Source of the DNA: Mobula hypostoma
Taxonomy: Eukaryota
Assembly (NCBI RefSeq): GCF_963921235.1
Contig: NC_086097.1
Location: 159,032,001-159,096,000, forward strand
Length of the DNA stretch: 64,000 bases
Reading direction: 5' to 3'
Part shown: piece after piece, positions 9,340 to 22,526 of the stretch
Layout: each line of letters opens with the position of its first letter
Numbering within the stretch: position 1 is the stretch's first letter
The notes under the pieces: generated by a model
The model's database searches: none
What the model was told of the DNA's origin: nothing
What the model saw: only the letters and a program-made list of their open reading frames with translations
Made by a program: the position numbers and the translations under genes

Positions 9340-11931
9340 ATGTTGTGTTCCTGGATTTTTAGAAGGCCTTTCATAAGGTGCCACTCATGAGGCTGTTTAT
9401 CAAGTTAAGAGCCTATGGTATTACAAGAAAGTTACTAGCATGGTTAGAGCATTGGCTGATTGGTAGGAGGCAGAGAGTGGGAATAAAAGGACATTTTCTG
9501 GTTGGCTGCCAGTGACTAGTGGTGTTCTGCAGCGGTCGGTGTTGGGACGGTATGTTTTTACACTGTATATCAATGATTTAAATAATGGCATTGTTGCCAA
9601 GTTTGCAGATGTTACGAAGATTGGCGGAGGGGCAAGTAGTGTTGAGGAAACTGGAAAGCTGCAGAAGGACTTAGACAGATTAGGAGAATGGGCAAAAAAG
9701 TAGCAAATGAAATACAGGTGTCCCCCGCTTTTCGAACATTCGCTTTACGAAACCTCACTGTTACGAAAGACCTACATTAGTTACCTGTTTTCGCTAACAG
9801 AAGGTGTTTTCACTGTTACGAAAAAAGGCAATGCGCAAAAAAACAGCGCGCGCCCCGAGCAGCCGCTCTCCCCCCGGATTAGGAATGGTAATCTTGCCAG
9901 CATTGCTTAAATACGTGCCTGTGAGCAGTCGTTTGCAAGGTGAGTTCTAAGGTATCAGAAAAGCCTAAAAGAGCTCATAAGGGTGTTACACTTTGCTTAA
10001 AACTAGACATAATTAAGCATTTTGATCGTGGTGAACGAAATAAGGACAAAGTGAGTTTGGCTTGTGGAAGTTGACGAAGATGATGTTGAAGAGGTTTTGG
10101 CATCCCATGACCAAGAACTGATAGATAAAGAGCTGATGCAATTGGAATAGGAAAGGATAACAATCAAAACCGAATGCAGTAGCGAATGGACTGAGAGTGA
10201 AGCCGTCCAGGAACTGAACGTGAAGCAACTGCGTGAATTTTCACTGCAATGATAAAGTATGACTTTAATTTTGAAAGGGTACATCAGTTTAGGGTATATT
10301 TGCAGGATGGTTTGAGTGCTTACAAAGAACTGTATGATAGAAAAATGTGCAAGGCTAGCAGTCAAGCATACTGTCGTTTTTCAAGCCTTCCACATCAGCC
10401 ACAGCAGATGACGAACCTCGACCTTTGACATCAAGGCAGGCAGAGATAGAAGAAGATGACTTGCCTGCCCTGATCAACGATGGGATGACACCCCAGTGGT
10501 CCCAACCTCTGGGCCGCGTTCAGATACCAATCTGCGGAGAATGCAGCAGTAGCCGGGAGGCACCCAGCACATCTTTAAGAAAAAAGCTGAAACAAACAAG
10601 CTAATTAATTAGGTGCCACCCGGTACGTAAATATTGGCCCAGAGGCGATGTATTTTTATGTGTCATTTGGTATGATTTGGCAGCTTCATAGCTTAAAGGT
10701 TACTGGAGAGGGTGTTTCTGCCGAGAGCGCTTGCGTGAGATGTTCTGCCGAGAGCGCTTGCGCCATGTTTCTGCCAAGAGCGCTTGCGTGAGATTTTCGC
10801 TATGGAGAACAGTGCAGGCAATGGTTGTAGAAAAGTATTTCTATTTTATATAGGCAGTGTATTTAACATATCATTCTTGCTTTTACTGTATGTTATTGTT
10901 ATTTTAGGTTTTATGTGTTATTTGGCATGATTTGATAGGTTATTTTTGGGTCTGCGAACGCTCACAAATTTTTCTCATATAAATAAATGGTAATTGCTTC
11001 TTCATTTTACGACATTCCAGCTTACGAATCATTTCATAGGAACGCTGTACCTTCGGATGGCGGGGGAAACCTGTACAATGTTGGAAACTGCATGGTCATG
11101 CACTTTGATAGAAGAAATAAATGTGCAGACTATTTTCTAAATGGGGAGAAAATCCAAAACTCTGAAGTGCAAAGGGACTTGGGAGTCCTTGTGCAGAATA
11201 CCCTAAAGGTTAACTTGCAGGTCAAGGTGGCGGTGAGGAAGGCACATGTCATGTCGGCGGTGAGGAAGGCACATGTCATGTCAGCATTCATTTCAAGAGG
11301 TCTAGAATATATGAGCAGGGATGCGATGCTGAAGATTTATTAGGCACTGGTGAGGCCACACCTTGAGTATTGTGAACAATGTTGGGCTGCTTATCTGAGA
11401 AAAGCTGTGCTGGCATTGGAAAGTGTGGAAAGGGTTCAGAGGAAGTTAACAAAGATGATACTGGGAATGAAAGGGTTATTATACAAGGAACATTTGATGA
11501 CTCTGGGCCTATACTTGCTGGAATTTAGAAGGATGAGGTGGGGGGAGGGATCTCATTGAAACTTTTCAAATGTTGAAAGACCTAGACAGGGTAGATATGG
11601 AAAGGATGTTTCCCATGGTGGGGGAGTCTAGGACAAGAGGGCACAGCATCAGGATAGTGGGGTGTCCATTCAAAACAAAGGGACAGAGACATTTCTTTAG
11701 CCAGAGGGTTGTGAATTTGTGGAATTTGTTAACCACAGGCAGCTCTGGAGGCCAGGTCCCTGGGTATATTTAAGGCAGAGATTGATAGGTTCTTGATTGG
11801 TCATGGCGTTATGGGGAGAAGTTCAGGAGAGAGGGGCTGAGGAGGGAAAAAAAAGTATCAGTCATGATTGAATGGCAGATCAGATTCGATGAGCCAAATG
11901 GCCTAAATCTGCTTCTATGTCTTATGGTCTT
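9340..11931 (+). mobile_element. CR1-like LINE RT-to-3' fragment, interrupted by a Tigger MITE
   Basis: SGVLQRSVLG…YINDL…KFADVTK, RPHLEYC, FFSQRVVNLWN and a CTTATGGTCTT tail. Contains a 27-bp tandem duplication at ~11229-11283. Confidence 0.85.
9715..11073 (+). mobile_element. Tigger/pogo-derived non-autonomous DNA transposon
   Basis: TIRs CAGGTGTCCCCCGC / GCGGGGGAAACCTG with TA TSD. Residual KLDIIKHFDRGER (psq-HTH-like) and acidic EVDEDDVEEVLASHDQEL. Confidence 0.85.
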
Positions 11932-12961
11932 AAATTTATTATCGAAGTACATATATGTCACCATATACAACCCTGATAGTCATTTTTTTGTGGGCATAAT
12001 CAATAAATCCATAATAGAACCAATGAAAGTGCACCAATTTGAGCATTCAAAAGACAACAAATGGCAAATACAATGAGAAAGAAATAATAATAATACTAAA
12101 TAAATAAGCAATAAATATGAAGAGTCATGATAGTAGATATGAGACACAAATATCAATGGAAGATAGAAAATGCATGTAAAAAGCACAAAGTAATGGTGGT
12201 CATGGGGGATTCAATACACAGGTAGATTAGGAAAATCTGGATCCCAAGTCATGGTATTTGTAGAGTGCCTATGAGATGGATTTTTAGTGAAGCTTGTAGT
12301 TGAGTCCACTAGGGCAGCGGTCCCCAACCACCGGGCCACAAGGCATGTGCTACCGTGAAGAAACGATATGAGTCAGCTGCACCTTTCCTCATTCCCTGTC
12401 ACGCACTGTTGAACTTGAACATAGGGTTGCCAACTGTCCCGTATTTGCCGGGACATCCCATATATTGGGCTAAATTGGTTTGTTCCATATTTCCCCCGCT
12501 AAGGTAGAGCGTTCCTATGAAACCTTTCGTGCCGAAATGGCGTGAAGCGAAGAAGCAATTACCATTAATTTATATGGGGAAAATGTTTGAGTGTTCACAG
12601 ACCCAAAAAATAACCTAACAAATCATACCAAATAACACATAAAACCAAAAATAAATAACCCTAATATATAGTAAAAGCAGGAATGATATGATAAATACAC
12701 AGCCTATATAAAGTAGAAATGATGTATGTAACAGTATAGTCAGGAAGATGAAGGCAAAACCGATTTGTGGGAAAATATTGGCACGTTCGCACATGCGCAC
12801 ATCACATGCGCACGTCACGCATGCGCACACAGATGCCCGCGCAAGGCTTCATGGTCATGGTAGGCTTTCTTGGGGTAAAGTGTCCCGGGATTTGACTGCT
12901 ACTTTTGTCCCTTATTTGGGAGTGAGAAAGTTGGCAACCCTAACTGTAAAAGACATGTGGA

Positions 12962-13198
12962 CTCGGCTCTATCCCTCCCCCTCCTGTCTTCTCCTATCAT
13001 TTTGCATCTCCCCCTCCCCCTCCAGCTTTCAAATCCCTTACTCACTCTTCCTTCAGTTAGTCCTGACGAAGAGTCTCGGCCTGAAACGTCGACTGCGCTT
13101 CTTCCTATAGATGCTGCTTGGCCTGCTGCGTTCACCAGCAACTTTGATGTGTGTTGCTTGAATTTCCAGCATCTGCAGAATTCCTGTTGTTTGCGTTT
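12962..13198 (+). mobile_element. Short PLE pLTR-only insertion with 13-bp TSD
   Basis: Matches PLE 5081-5322. Flanked by AAAGACATGTGGA at 12949-12961 and 13199-13211. A similar uninterrupted host sequence occurs near 24841. Confidence 0.9.
13058..13095 (+). ncRNA. Hammerhead ribozyme motif in a short PLE-derived insert
   Basis: TAGTC-CTGACGA-AGAGTCTCGGCCT-GAAACGTC-GACTG: core intact, one stem II substitution. Confidence 0.75.
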
Positions 13199-14394
13199 AA
13201 AGACATGTGGAGGTGAGTTTAATCCTATGTGAACATCCCCCTCCGGTTGGCCGGTCCGCAAGAATATTGTCAATATTAAACCGGTCCGCGGTGCAAAAAA
13301 GGTTGGGGACCCCTGCACTAGGGGAATAGAAATTCCTGACTAGGTTTTGTATAATGACCCAAGCTTGATTAGTGAGCTTAAGGTTAATGAACCTTTACAA
13401 GGCACCTACCATAATATGATTGAATTCACCCTGAAGTTTGAGAAAGAGAAGTTAGTCAGATATATCAGTATTACAGGGGAGTAAAGCAAATTACAGAGGC
13501 ATGCAAAAGGAGCTGGCCAAAGTTGATTGGAAGAGGATACTAGCTGCATTGAAAGCAAAAGAGCAATGGCTGGGGTTTCTGCGAGCAATTCGGAAGGCAC
13601 AGAACTGATATCTTCAAAAGATGAAGAAGTGTTCTAAAGGGGGGGGGATGAGCCAATCATGGCTGAGGAAGGAAGTCAAAGACAGTATAAAAGTAAAAGA
13701 GAGGGCATATAATAAAGCAAAGATTACTGGGAAGTTAGAGAATTGGGAAGCTTTTAAAAACCAACAGAAAGCAACTAAAAAGCCATAAGGAGAGAAAAGA
13801 TGAAATATTGAAGTAAACTAGCCAATTATATACTGTAAAGGAAGATACCAGAAGATTTTTCAGATAGTTCAAGAGTAGAAGAGAGGCAAGAGTGGATATC
13901 AGACCACTGGAAAATGATGCTGGAGAGATAGTAATGCAGAACAAAGAAATGGTGGACAAATGCATTAAGTATTTTGTGAGTCTTCACAGTGGAAGATGCT
14001 GGGAGTACGTCAGAAATTTGAGAGTGTCAGGTGCAGAAGTGAGTGTAGTTGCTGTTACTAAGCAAAATGTGAAAAGTCTGAAGGTAGATAAGATGGACTA
14101 CACCCCTGAAAGAGGTAGCTGAAGAGATTGTGGAAGCATTAATAGTGATGTTTCAATAATCACTAGATTCTGGAATGATTCTGGAGGTATGGAACATTGC
14201 AAATGCCACTGCACTCTTTAAAGAAGGAGGTAACAGAAAGGAAATCTTATATCAGTTAAGTCTGACATCAATGCTTGAGAAGATGTTGGAGTTCATTATT
14301 AAGGATGAGGTTTTGGGGTAATTGGAGCCACATGATAAAATAGGCCAAAAGTCAGCGTGGTTTCCTAAAGGGGACACCTTGCCTGTCAAATATG

Positions 14395-16650
14395 CATGTA
14401 CCTATCCAAATTTCTCTTAAATGGTGACATGAACCTTGCATCCACCATTTGCACTGGCAACTCGTTCCATACTCTCACCATCCTCTGAGTGAATAAGTTC
14501 CCTCTCATACTCCCCTTAAACTTTTCACCTTCCACCTTTAACCTTTAACCCATGGCTTCTAATTGTAGTCTTATCCAGCCTCAGTGGAAAAAGACTACTT
14601 GCATTTACCCTGTGCCCCTCATAACATTGTATACCTCTATTGATTCTTCCCTCAATCTTCTACATTCTAGGGAAAAAAGTCCTAACTTTTTCGATCTTTC
14701 CCGATAACTCAGGTACTCCACTCCTGGCAACATCCTTGTAAATTTTCTCTACACTCTTGCAATTTTATTCACATCTTTCCTGCAGGTAGTTGACTAAACT
14801 GGACACAGTAGTCCAAATTAAGCCTCGCCAACATCTTAAACTGTTTCAAAATAACATCTCAGCTCCTGTAATCATACATTGATTTATGCAGCCCAATATG
14901 CCAAAAGATTTATTTACAACCCTATTTACACGTGACAGCACTTTAAAGGAATTATGCATCTGTATTCCCAGATTCCTTTGTTCCACCACACTCATCAGTG
15001 CCCTACCATTCACTGTGTAAGACCTATCCTGGTTGGCCCTACCAAAATATAGACTCCATGTCTGTCTCCTTAGTAAATACAGATCTTCCCCATTTCTTTC
15101 AACTCGACACACAGATTATCACTCTGATCATCTAGAGGACCAATTTTGTGCCTTGCTATCCTTTTGTTCTTAATAAATTTGTAGAAGCCTGTTGGAACCA
15201 TGTATCTATTTTCTGTCTGTGTTGTATTTTGTGGCACCTTTTTTAATGGTAATCTGTCACATGGTTTGGGGTGTAGTAGAAGCAAATGAGTATAGTTATG
15301 TATTAGTACTTGTGGTTAGCACAGGCCATTTTTTTTTTGTTGACCACTGATTTAGTTCGACTGCTTAGTTACACAAATTGGAAAGTTATTAGACCACTTA
15401 AAAACCTATAGAATGCTAATTCTGATATCACTAATTAGAATACATAGTTACGCTGACATCACTATATCACTAATTTAGTTCGACCCCTAGTAAAGCGTTA
15501 ATTGGAACACTATTAGGACGGTTAAATATATATAGAATGCTAATGAGACACTAATTGGGATGTTATTGGAATGCTAACTAGATCGCTAACTTTGTTACTT
15601 CAATAACTTAGTTATGCTCATATTGCTATTAGACCACAAGTTAGACCATAATATCATTAATTTTGTTCGATTTTTTTTGTTACTAGATTATTCCTCTTTG
15701 CTGGCTTCATCATAAAGCATTGAACATACCTTTATTGATTTTGAAATTTGCTATTTGGAAGCACGTCATACAGTGTTGAGTACCCCGGCTTAGTCTCTTG
15801 GTGGTTTTGGTTGGTTTTCAAGTAACTGTGAGCAAGCCCTTAGGATTTTCCTTCACTTTTTCTGCTAGAACAACCTCATGTCTTCTTTTAGCCCTCCAAC
15901 TTTCCTTTTCAATTATTTTCTTACATTTCTTATATTCCTCAAGTACCTCATTTGTTCCTGTCTGCCTATACCTGCTATGCACATCCTTTTTTTTAACCAA
16001 GGCCTCAATATCTCTTGAGAGCTAAGTTTTCTTAAAACTGTTATCCTTGCCTTTTACTCTGACAGAAATATACAAACATTGTACTTTAAAAGTTTCACTT
16101 TTGAAGACCTCCCACTTACCAAGTAGAGTTTTACCAGAACACAACCTGTCTCATTCCACACTTGCAAGATCCTTTATGATACCATCAAAACTGGCCTGAT
16201 TTTCCCAATTTAGAATCTCAATCTGAGGACCAGACCTATTCGTTTCCCTAATTAACTTGAAACTAATGGCATTATGATCACTAGATGCAAAGTGTACCCC
16301 TACACAAACTTCTGTCACCTGCCCTGTCTCATTCCCTAATAGGAAGTCTCCCTAACTGGGACTTCTCTGTACTGATTAAGGAAACTTTCCTGAACACATT
16401 TGACAAATTCCTTCCCATCCAGCCCTTTTACAGTAGGGCAATCCCAGTCAATATGTGGATAGTTAAAATAGCCTTATGTTTCCTGCAACAGTGTGCGATC
16501 TCACTACAAGTTTGCTCCTCTAAGTCCTGTGAACTATTGGTAGTCTATAATATAATCCCAGTAACATGTCATACCATTCTTATTCTTTAGTTCTACCCGT
16601 AAAGCCTCACTAGATGAGCTCTCCTGTCTGTCCTGACTGAACACTGCCGT
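14395..16650 (-). mobile_element. Decayed minus-strand CR1-like LINE, interrupted at 15190-15834
   Basis: Minus-strand CR1-type peptides (YTVNGRAL…EQRNLGI; KSWRAKRRHE…VKENPK). Confidence 0.7.
15190..15834. mobile_element. Candidate solo LTR (Gypsy/ERV-type)
   Basis: Begins TG, ends CA, and is flanked by AGCC (15186-15189, 15835-15838). Removing it restores the CR1 host sequence. Contains internal degenerate ~123-bp repeats. Confidence 0.6.
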
Positions 16651-17517
16651 GACACTTCATTGAGCTGCCTGTCCTGCTCCTCCTGCAACCATGTCTCACA
16701 AATGGCAAAAGATGTACTGGCATTGGAGAGGGCCCAGAGGAGGTTCATGACAATTATTTTGGGAATGAAAGGGTTAACATTTGAAGAGCATTTGATGGTT
16801 CTGGGCCTGTGCTCATTAGAGTTTAGAAGAAAACATGGGAGCAAAATCTTAGAATGGAAACAAGAAGGAATTTCATCTCTCCAAGGGGTGCTAATCTTTC
16901 ATTATCTTTAACCTAGAGAGGTATGGAACCTGAATGTAGACTTTTTTTATTCTATTGGGGACTCAAGGGTTATGACAAGCAGAAAGGCAGGAGAAACTTC
17001 AAATATAAATCAGATAGGTTTATGATCTTACTTATGGTGCATATGGCTTGAGAGATCAGAAGGCCACTTCCTCCTCCGATTTATTTATGTGCTATGCTTT
17101 ATAAATGAAAGCATAGATTATACAGTACTTACAAAAGATGTAGGCACATATATAATAAAGGTTCAAAGGTTCATTTTATTATCAAAGTATGTATGCAGAA
17201 TACAGTTCTGAGATTTGTCTTCTTTAGATAGTCATTAAATACAGGAAACCAAAGAAGTAGTTGAAAGAAAGACATCAATTCCAACCCCCACCCCTGCATG
17301 AAAGAAAAAGAAACAAAACCTTGCAAACCCCAAACCCCCTGAGCTCTCACTCAAAACGTGAACCAGTCGCCCTTCCAAGGGAAGCAACACAAACCAGCAG
17401 CTTCCCAGGGGCAGCTAGAATGCCTAAGACTTTTGCATAATGTGTGTATATTATGTCTTTCCAGTTACCAAATAACACGTAATACTACTGAGCTAATAGA
17501 AAGCTAAGTACTCTTAC

Positions 17518-17652
17518 TCCTGACGAAGGGTCTCAGCCTGAAATGTAGACTGTACCTCTTCCTAGAGATGCTGCCTGGCCTGCTGCATTCACCAGCATCT
17601 TTGATGTGTGTTGCTTGAATTTCCAGCATCTGCAGAATTCCTCGTGTTTGCA
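17518..17652 (+). mobile_element. Short PLE pLTR/HHR insertion with 14-bp TSD
   Basis: CTGACGAAGGGTCTCAGCCTGAAATGTAGACT… flanked by TACTCTTACTCCTG at 17509-17522 and 17653-17666. Confidence 0.85.
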
Positions 17653-17714
17653 TACTCTTACTCCTGTTTCCTAACCATCTTCCTGTTTTAATCAATATAC
17701 AGTACTGTGCAAAA

Positions 17715-17863
17715 GTCTCGTGAGTCCTGACGAGGGTCTCGGCCCAAAACCTCGACTGTACTTCTTCCTGTAGATGCTGCCTGGCCTGCAGTATTCCACC
17801 AGCATTTTGTTTGTGTGTGTTGCTTGAATTTCCGGCATCGGTAGATTTCCTCATGTTTGCGTT
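17715..17863 (+). mobile_element. Short PLE pLTR/HHR insertion (degenerate core)
   Basis: AGTCCTGACGAGGGTCTCGGCCCAAAACCTCGACT…GATGCTGCCTGGCCTGC…TTTGCGTT. Confidence 0.8.
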
Positions 17864-18361
17864 AATACAATTCAGCTAGGATTCCTCTTGGAACAGAGAA
17901 GATTAAGAATAACATATCAGAGATTTTCAGGGTTGCAAAAGTAGAGGGGCACACTTTCTGCTGGCAAGTGGGTCTATATCCAAAAGTGATAAAATTGGAA
18001 TTCTTTGCGAAATATCCATTAAAGATTAACGCTTAATATTACAAGCCAATTGCCATTCGTATTATGAGCATATTGATTGGATTCCATGATTGGCTACAGA
18101 ATATTTACCTAAGTGTGATATTCTTCATGGCTACTTACCGACATGACATTTTAAAATTTTTGAGAGTTGTCGATGAAATGCGAATATTACTAACTGGGGC
18201 AACTTCATTGTCTATTTCTGACAAGAGTACTTGAGTAGTAAAATCAGATGATCTCCACTGATACATAAAGAAGGTAACTTTTACATCTTATCCAATGGCT
18301 GCTGTTTAATATGTTCTGACTTGCTTTGGCCCTTGTATTCTTCTTCTTGGTTGCTTATATC

Positions 18362-18901
18362 CTCTATGTGGTTATCTTATTAGGTACCACCTGTAAAGTG
18401 GCCACTAAGTGTATGTTTGTGGTCTTCTGCTGCTGTAGCCCAGCCACTTCAAAGCTTGATGTGCTGTGCTTTCAGAGATGCTCTTCTGCACACCACTGTT
18501 GTAATGTGTTGTTATTTGAGTTATTGTCACCTTCCTGCCTGCTTGAACTATTCTGGCCATTCTCTTCTGACATCTCTCAATAGCAAGGGCTTTTCGCCCA
18601 CAGTACTGTCACTCACTGAACATTTTATTTTTGCTTTGTGCACTATTCTCTGTGAATTCAGGAGATCCACAGTTTCTGAGATGCACAGACCACCCCATCT
18701 AGCACCAACAATCATTTCACAGTCAAAGTCACTGAGATCATATTTCTTCCCTATTCTGGTGTTTGTTCTGAACAGCAATTGAACCTCTTGACCATGTTTG
18801 CATGCTTTCATGCATTGAGTTGCTGCCAAGTTATTGGCTAATTAGATATTTGCATTAACTAATAGGTGTACAGGTGTACCTAATAAAGTGGCCACTGAGT
18901 G
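18362..18901 (-). mobile_element. Tc1-derived deletion derivative
   Basis: End CAGGTGTACCTAATAAAGTGGCCACTGAGTG|TA; minus-strand GKKYDLSDFDCEMIVGARWGGLCISETVDLL (Tc1 N-terminal HTH). Confidence 0.8.
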
Positions 18902-20239
18902 TATGTGTAACAAAGCTCACCTAAACCCACACTGAAAACCAAAAACTCATTGACTTAACTGGCAGAAATCCTCCCTGTGTTATCATAATTCTGTGATAGA
19001 ACACCATATCTGAATATTAAATATAGTAATGTCCATTATAACCATTGTGTTTCTGCTATCCCAGAACTTTCGACTTCAAAAGCTCTTTTCAATCAACAAT
19101 CAAATGAAGTATTGCTGGTAAAATTTGCTTTGCATCCTTTAAAAACTGTTGAAAGACTTGCACGTCATGATTAAATCTAACAGACTGCATCAAATTTTAA
19201 CAACTATTTCCAGCTGAAAACTTTCTCCTCACTTAGGTTTCTCCAAATACCCACTGGAATCAATAAAATTTAATGTTGTCAAAAGTGGCAGCCACCTGTA
19301 TTCCCCTGATTAATCTGTCACACTCCAGTGTACAGATATTAAGAACAGGCAGCCATTGAGGCAGACTTACATGGAAAGTAGACTGATACCGAACTCTTCT
19401 CGATCAGTGATTTGCACATTTAAGGCATTTGAAAATGTGTGAAAGAAGAGCAAGTCTAGGAATGATTTTTGACCAAGAGGTGATGCAGAAAGAAAATGCA
19501 TGAAGAAGCAGAATTCAGAAGATGGATTCCAACTACAATAATTTCTTATGTTTACCAAAATGCTTCTGTGAAACCACAAGGCAGAAAATTGCAATTCAGC
19601 TGGCCAGGCTATTTTGTGAAGTCTTAATACAACACTGCACATTGCAATCTAGGTTTAGCACAGCAACAAATGATTACCAGCACTGAACTAAAAACTTTAG
19701 GTTTGCAAGTAATCAAACATTACATCCAATTAATTTAGTCAATCCGGTGTTTCACAGCTCTCAAATGGCTGGAGCACTAAATCACAATTGGACTTGCTTT
19801 TATTGCTACCTGCTGACAATACAATTAATGTCACTTTTTATATCCCTAACGTACTTCCAATTAAAATGATTGTTCAGACTTTACCGATGTATTATGATGC
19901 GCCATGAAGCAACACTAATGAGATTTCTCCAATGCTGCTGCCTAGCCTTGTGCATGCCATGAATCTCTTCTATTGTTGCAGTGTTCTGAAGGGACAGTTA
20001 AGAAAAGGTTATAATTGCAAGAGGTGTTTTTTTTATGACTAAAGGCATTTGTTTCATCAAGTAATTCATGAATGCTCTATATAACTAGGAAATACAAAAC
20101 CCTTTAATGTCAGGGGTTGTTGCTCTGGGACTGAAACCTTGAAATGAGTAGGCATTGCATCTTCAAGCAACCAGTGTAGGACATTCAGAATATGATAAGA
20201 AAAAGATTCCTAATGGGTCCCTGACAATTGAACTGACTT

Positions 20240-20645
20240 TATTTCTTACGTCCTTCATATACATGAGGAGTAAAAATCTTTACGTTGCGTATCCATCTAA
20301 ATGTGCAATGTGCAATCATAGTAATTTATAATAATTTATAATAAATAGAATAGACAATGTAACATAGAAATACACTCAAATCAGCATGAATTAATCAGTC
20401 TGATGGCCTGGTGGCAGAAGCTGTCCCAGAGCCTGTTGATCCGGGCTTTTATGCCACGGTACCGTTACCGCAGCTGGAATAGATTGTTGTTGGGGTGCCT
20501 GGGGTCCCCAATGATCCTTCAGGCCCTTTTTTCATACCTGTCTTTGTAAATGTCCTGAATCATGGGAAGCTCACAACTACAGATGCAGTGGGCTCTCTGC
20601 ACCACTTTCTGCAGAATCCTGCAATTAGGGGAGGTCCAGTTCCCT
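20240..20645 (-). mobile_element. Rex1/Babar-like LINE 3' fragment
   Basis: Minus-strand RT C-terminus/3' UTR (…GACAGCTTCTGCCACCAGGCCATCAGACTG…). Confidence 0.6.
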
Positions 20646-20989
20646 TAAATGCGCTTGCTTGACAAAAGAATACACTGTTACCCATACCCCAACCGTTCAA
20701 CGTTTCCAAATTGGCTCTAACTTGACCAATTAAGCACTACAGGAGCTGTTGGAGTTTTAATCCTTTCCAGATATCAACTAGTCTAAATATTAAAGGTCAT
20801 TGATCTTCCTCTTTCTCCACCGGTCCTTCTGACTGCTGAGTTCTTCTAGCATCTCCCAAAATCTTATTCAATCTCCCTCAGTCTTTTGTCCACTAAACAT
20901 CTCTGCCTTGTGACCCTTTTAGAGATGTTATCAAAATCAAGTTTTATGACCTGTTTCTGACTATGAACAAGTTGTGCACATTTAGAATA

Positions 20990-22526
20990 CAGGTGTCCCC
21001 CGCTTGTCAAACGTTCGCTTTACGAAACCTCACTGTTACGAAAGACCTACATTAGTACCCTGTTTTCGCTTTCAGAAGGTGTTTTCACTGTTACAAAAAA
21101 AAATTCAGTGCGCGATAAAAGGCAGCGCGCGCCCCGAGCAGCCGCTGTCCCCCGGATTCGGAACTGCCTTGCTTTAACATGTGCCTGTGAGCAGCCGTTT
21201 GCAAGATGAGTTCTATGGTATTGGAAAAGCCTGAAAGAGCTCATAAGTGTGTTACATTTACGGTAAAACTAGACATAATTAAGCATTTTGATCATGGTGA
21301 ACGAAGTAAGGACAACGTGTGTTTGGCTTGCGGAAGCTGACGAACATGATGTTGAAGAGGTTTTGGCATCCCATCACCAAGAACTGACAGATGAAGAGCT
21401 GATGCAATTGGAAGGAAAAAGGATAACAATCGAAACCGAATGAGTAATGATAAAGTATGACTTTAATTTTGAAAGGGTACATCGGTTTAGGAGATATTTG
21501 CAGGATGGTTTGAGTCTTTATTAAAGAACTGTGTGATAGAAAAATGCGCGAGGCTCAGCAGTAAGCCAAGCCTTCCACATCAGCCACAGCAGACGATGAA
21601 CCTCGACTTTTGACATGGAGGCGGGCAGTCATAGGAGAAGATGAGCTGCCTGCTCTAATGGAAACAGACGACGAGATGACACCCCAGTGTCCCACCACCC
21701 CAACCCCCAGGCCACGGACAGATACCGATTCGTGGAGAATGCAACGGTAGCCGGGAGGCACACAGCACATCTTTAAGAAAAAAGCCGAAATAAACATGCT
21801 AATTAATTAGGTGCCGCCGACACGTAATTATTGGCCCTGATCAGAGACGACGCAATCGGAAATCGGCGCTGATCTGGGCCGACAATTACGTGTTGTGCGG
21901 CACCTAATTAATTAGCTTGTTTATTTCGGCTTTTTTCTTAAAGATGTGCTGTGTGCCTCCTGGCTGCCGCTGCATTCCTGCATGTTTCGCTCGGCGGCCT
22001 GGAGGGTGGGGACCACTGCACCACCCAACCTGTGATGACTCAGTCTAACACACCATCATCAGTGTGCTCGGCAAGCTATCTTCCCGATTCCCATAAGTGA
22101 TACTACACTGTACATACATTATTTCTACTTTATATTGGCTGTGTATTTTTACGTGTTGTTTGGTATGATTTGGCAGCTTCATAGCTTAAAGGTTACTGGA
22201 GAGAGTGTTCTTGCCAACAGCGCTTGCATGAGATTTTCTGCCAACAGCGCTTGCGTGAGATTTTCACACGGAGAACAGTTCAGTAATGATTGTGGAAAAG
22301 TATTTCTACTTTATATACGCTGTGTATTTATCATATCATTTCTGCTTTTACTATATGTTACTGTTATTTTAGGTTTTATGTGTTACTTTTGGTTATTTTT
22401 GGGTCTGTGAACGCTCACAAAATTTTCCCATATAAATAAATGGTAATTGCTTCTTCACTTTATGACATTTCAGCTTACAGACCATTTCATAGGAACGCTC
22501 TAACTTCGGATGGCGGGGGAAACCTG
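20990..22526 (+). mobile_element. Second copy of the Tigger-derived element, with an internal ~240-bp hairpin
   Basis: Same TIRs and body as 9715-11073; inverted arms at ~21737-21845 and ~21868-21978. Confidence 0.85.

Larger units (their letters stand above)
12315..13315. mobile_element. Charlie-type hAT composite MITE with 8-bp TSD
   Basis: TIRs CAGCGGTCCCCAACC / GGTTGGGGACCCCTG; CACTAGGG at 12307-12314 and 13316-13323. Contains an inner TAGGGTTGCCAAC…GTTGGCAACCCTA unit (12422-12942). Confidence 0.85.
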
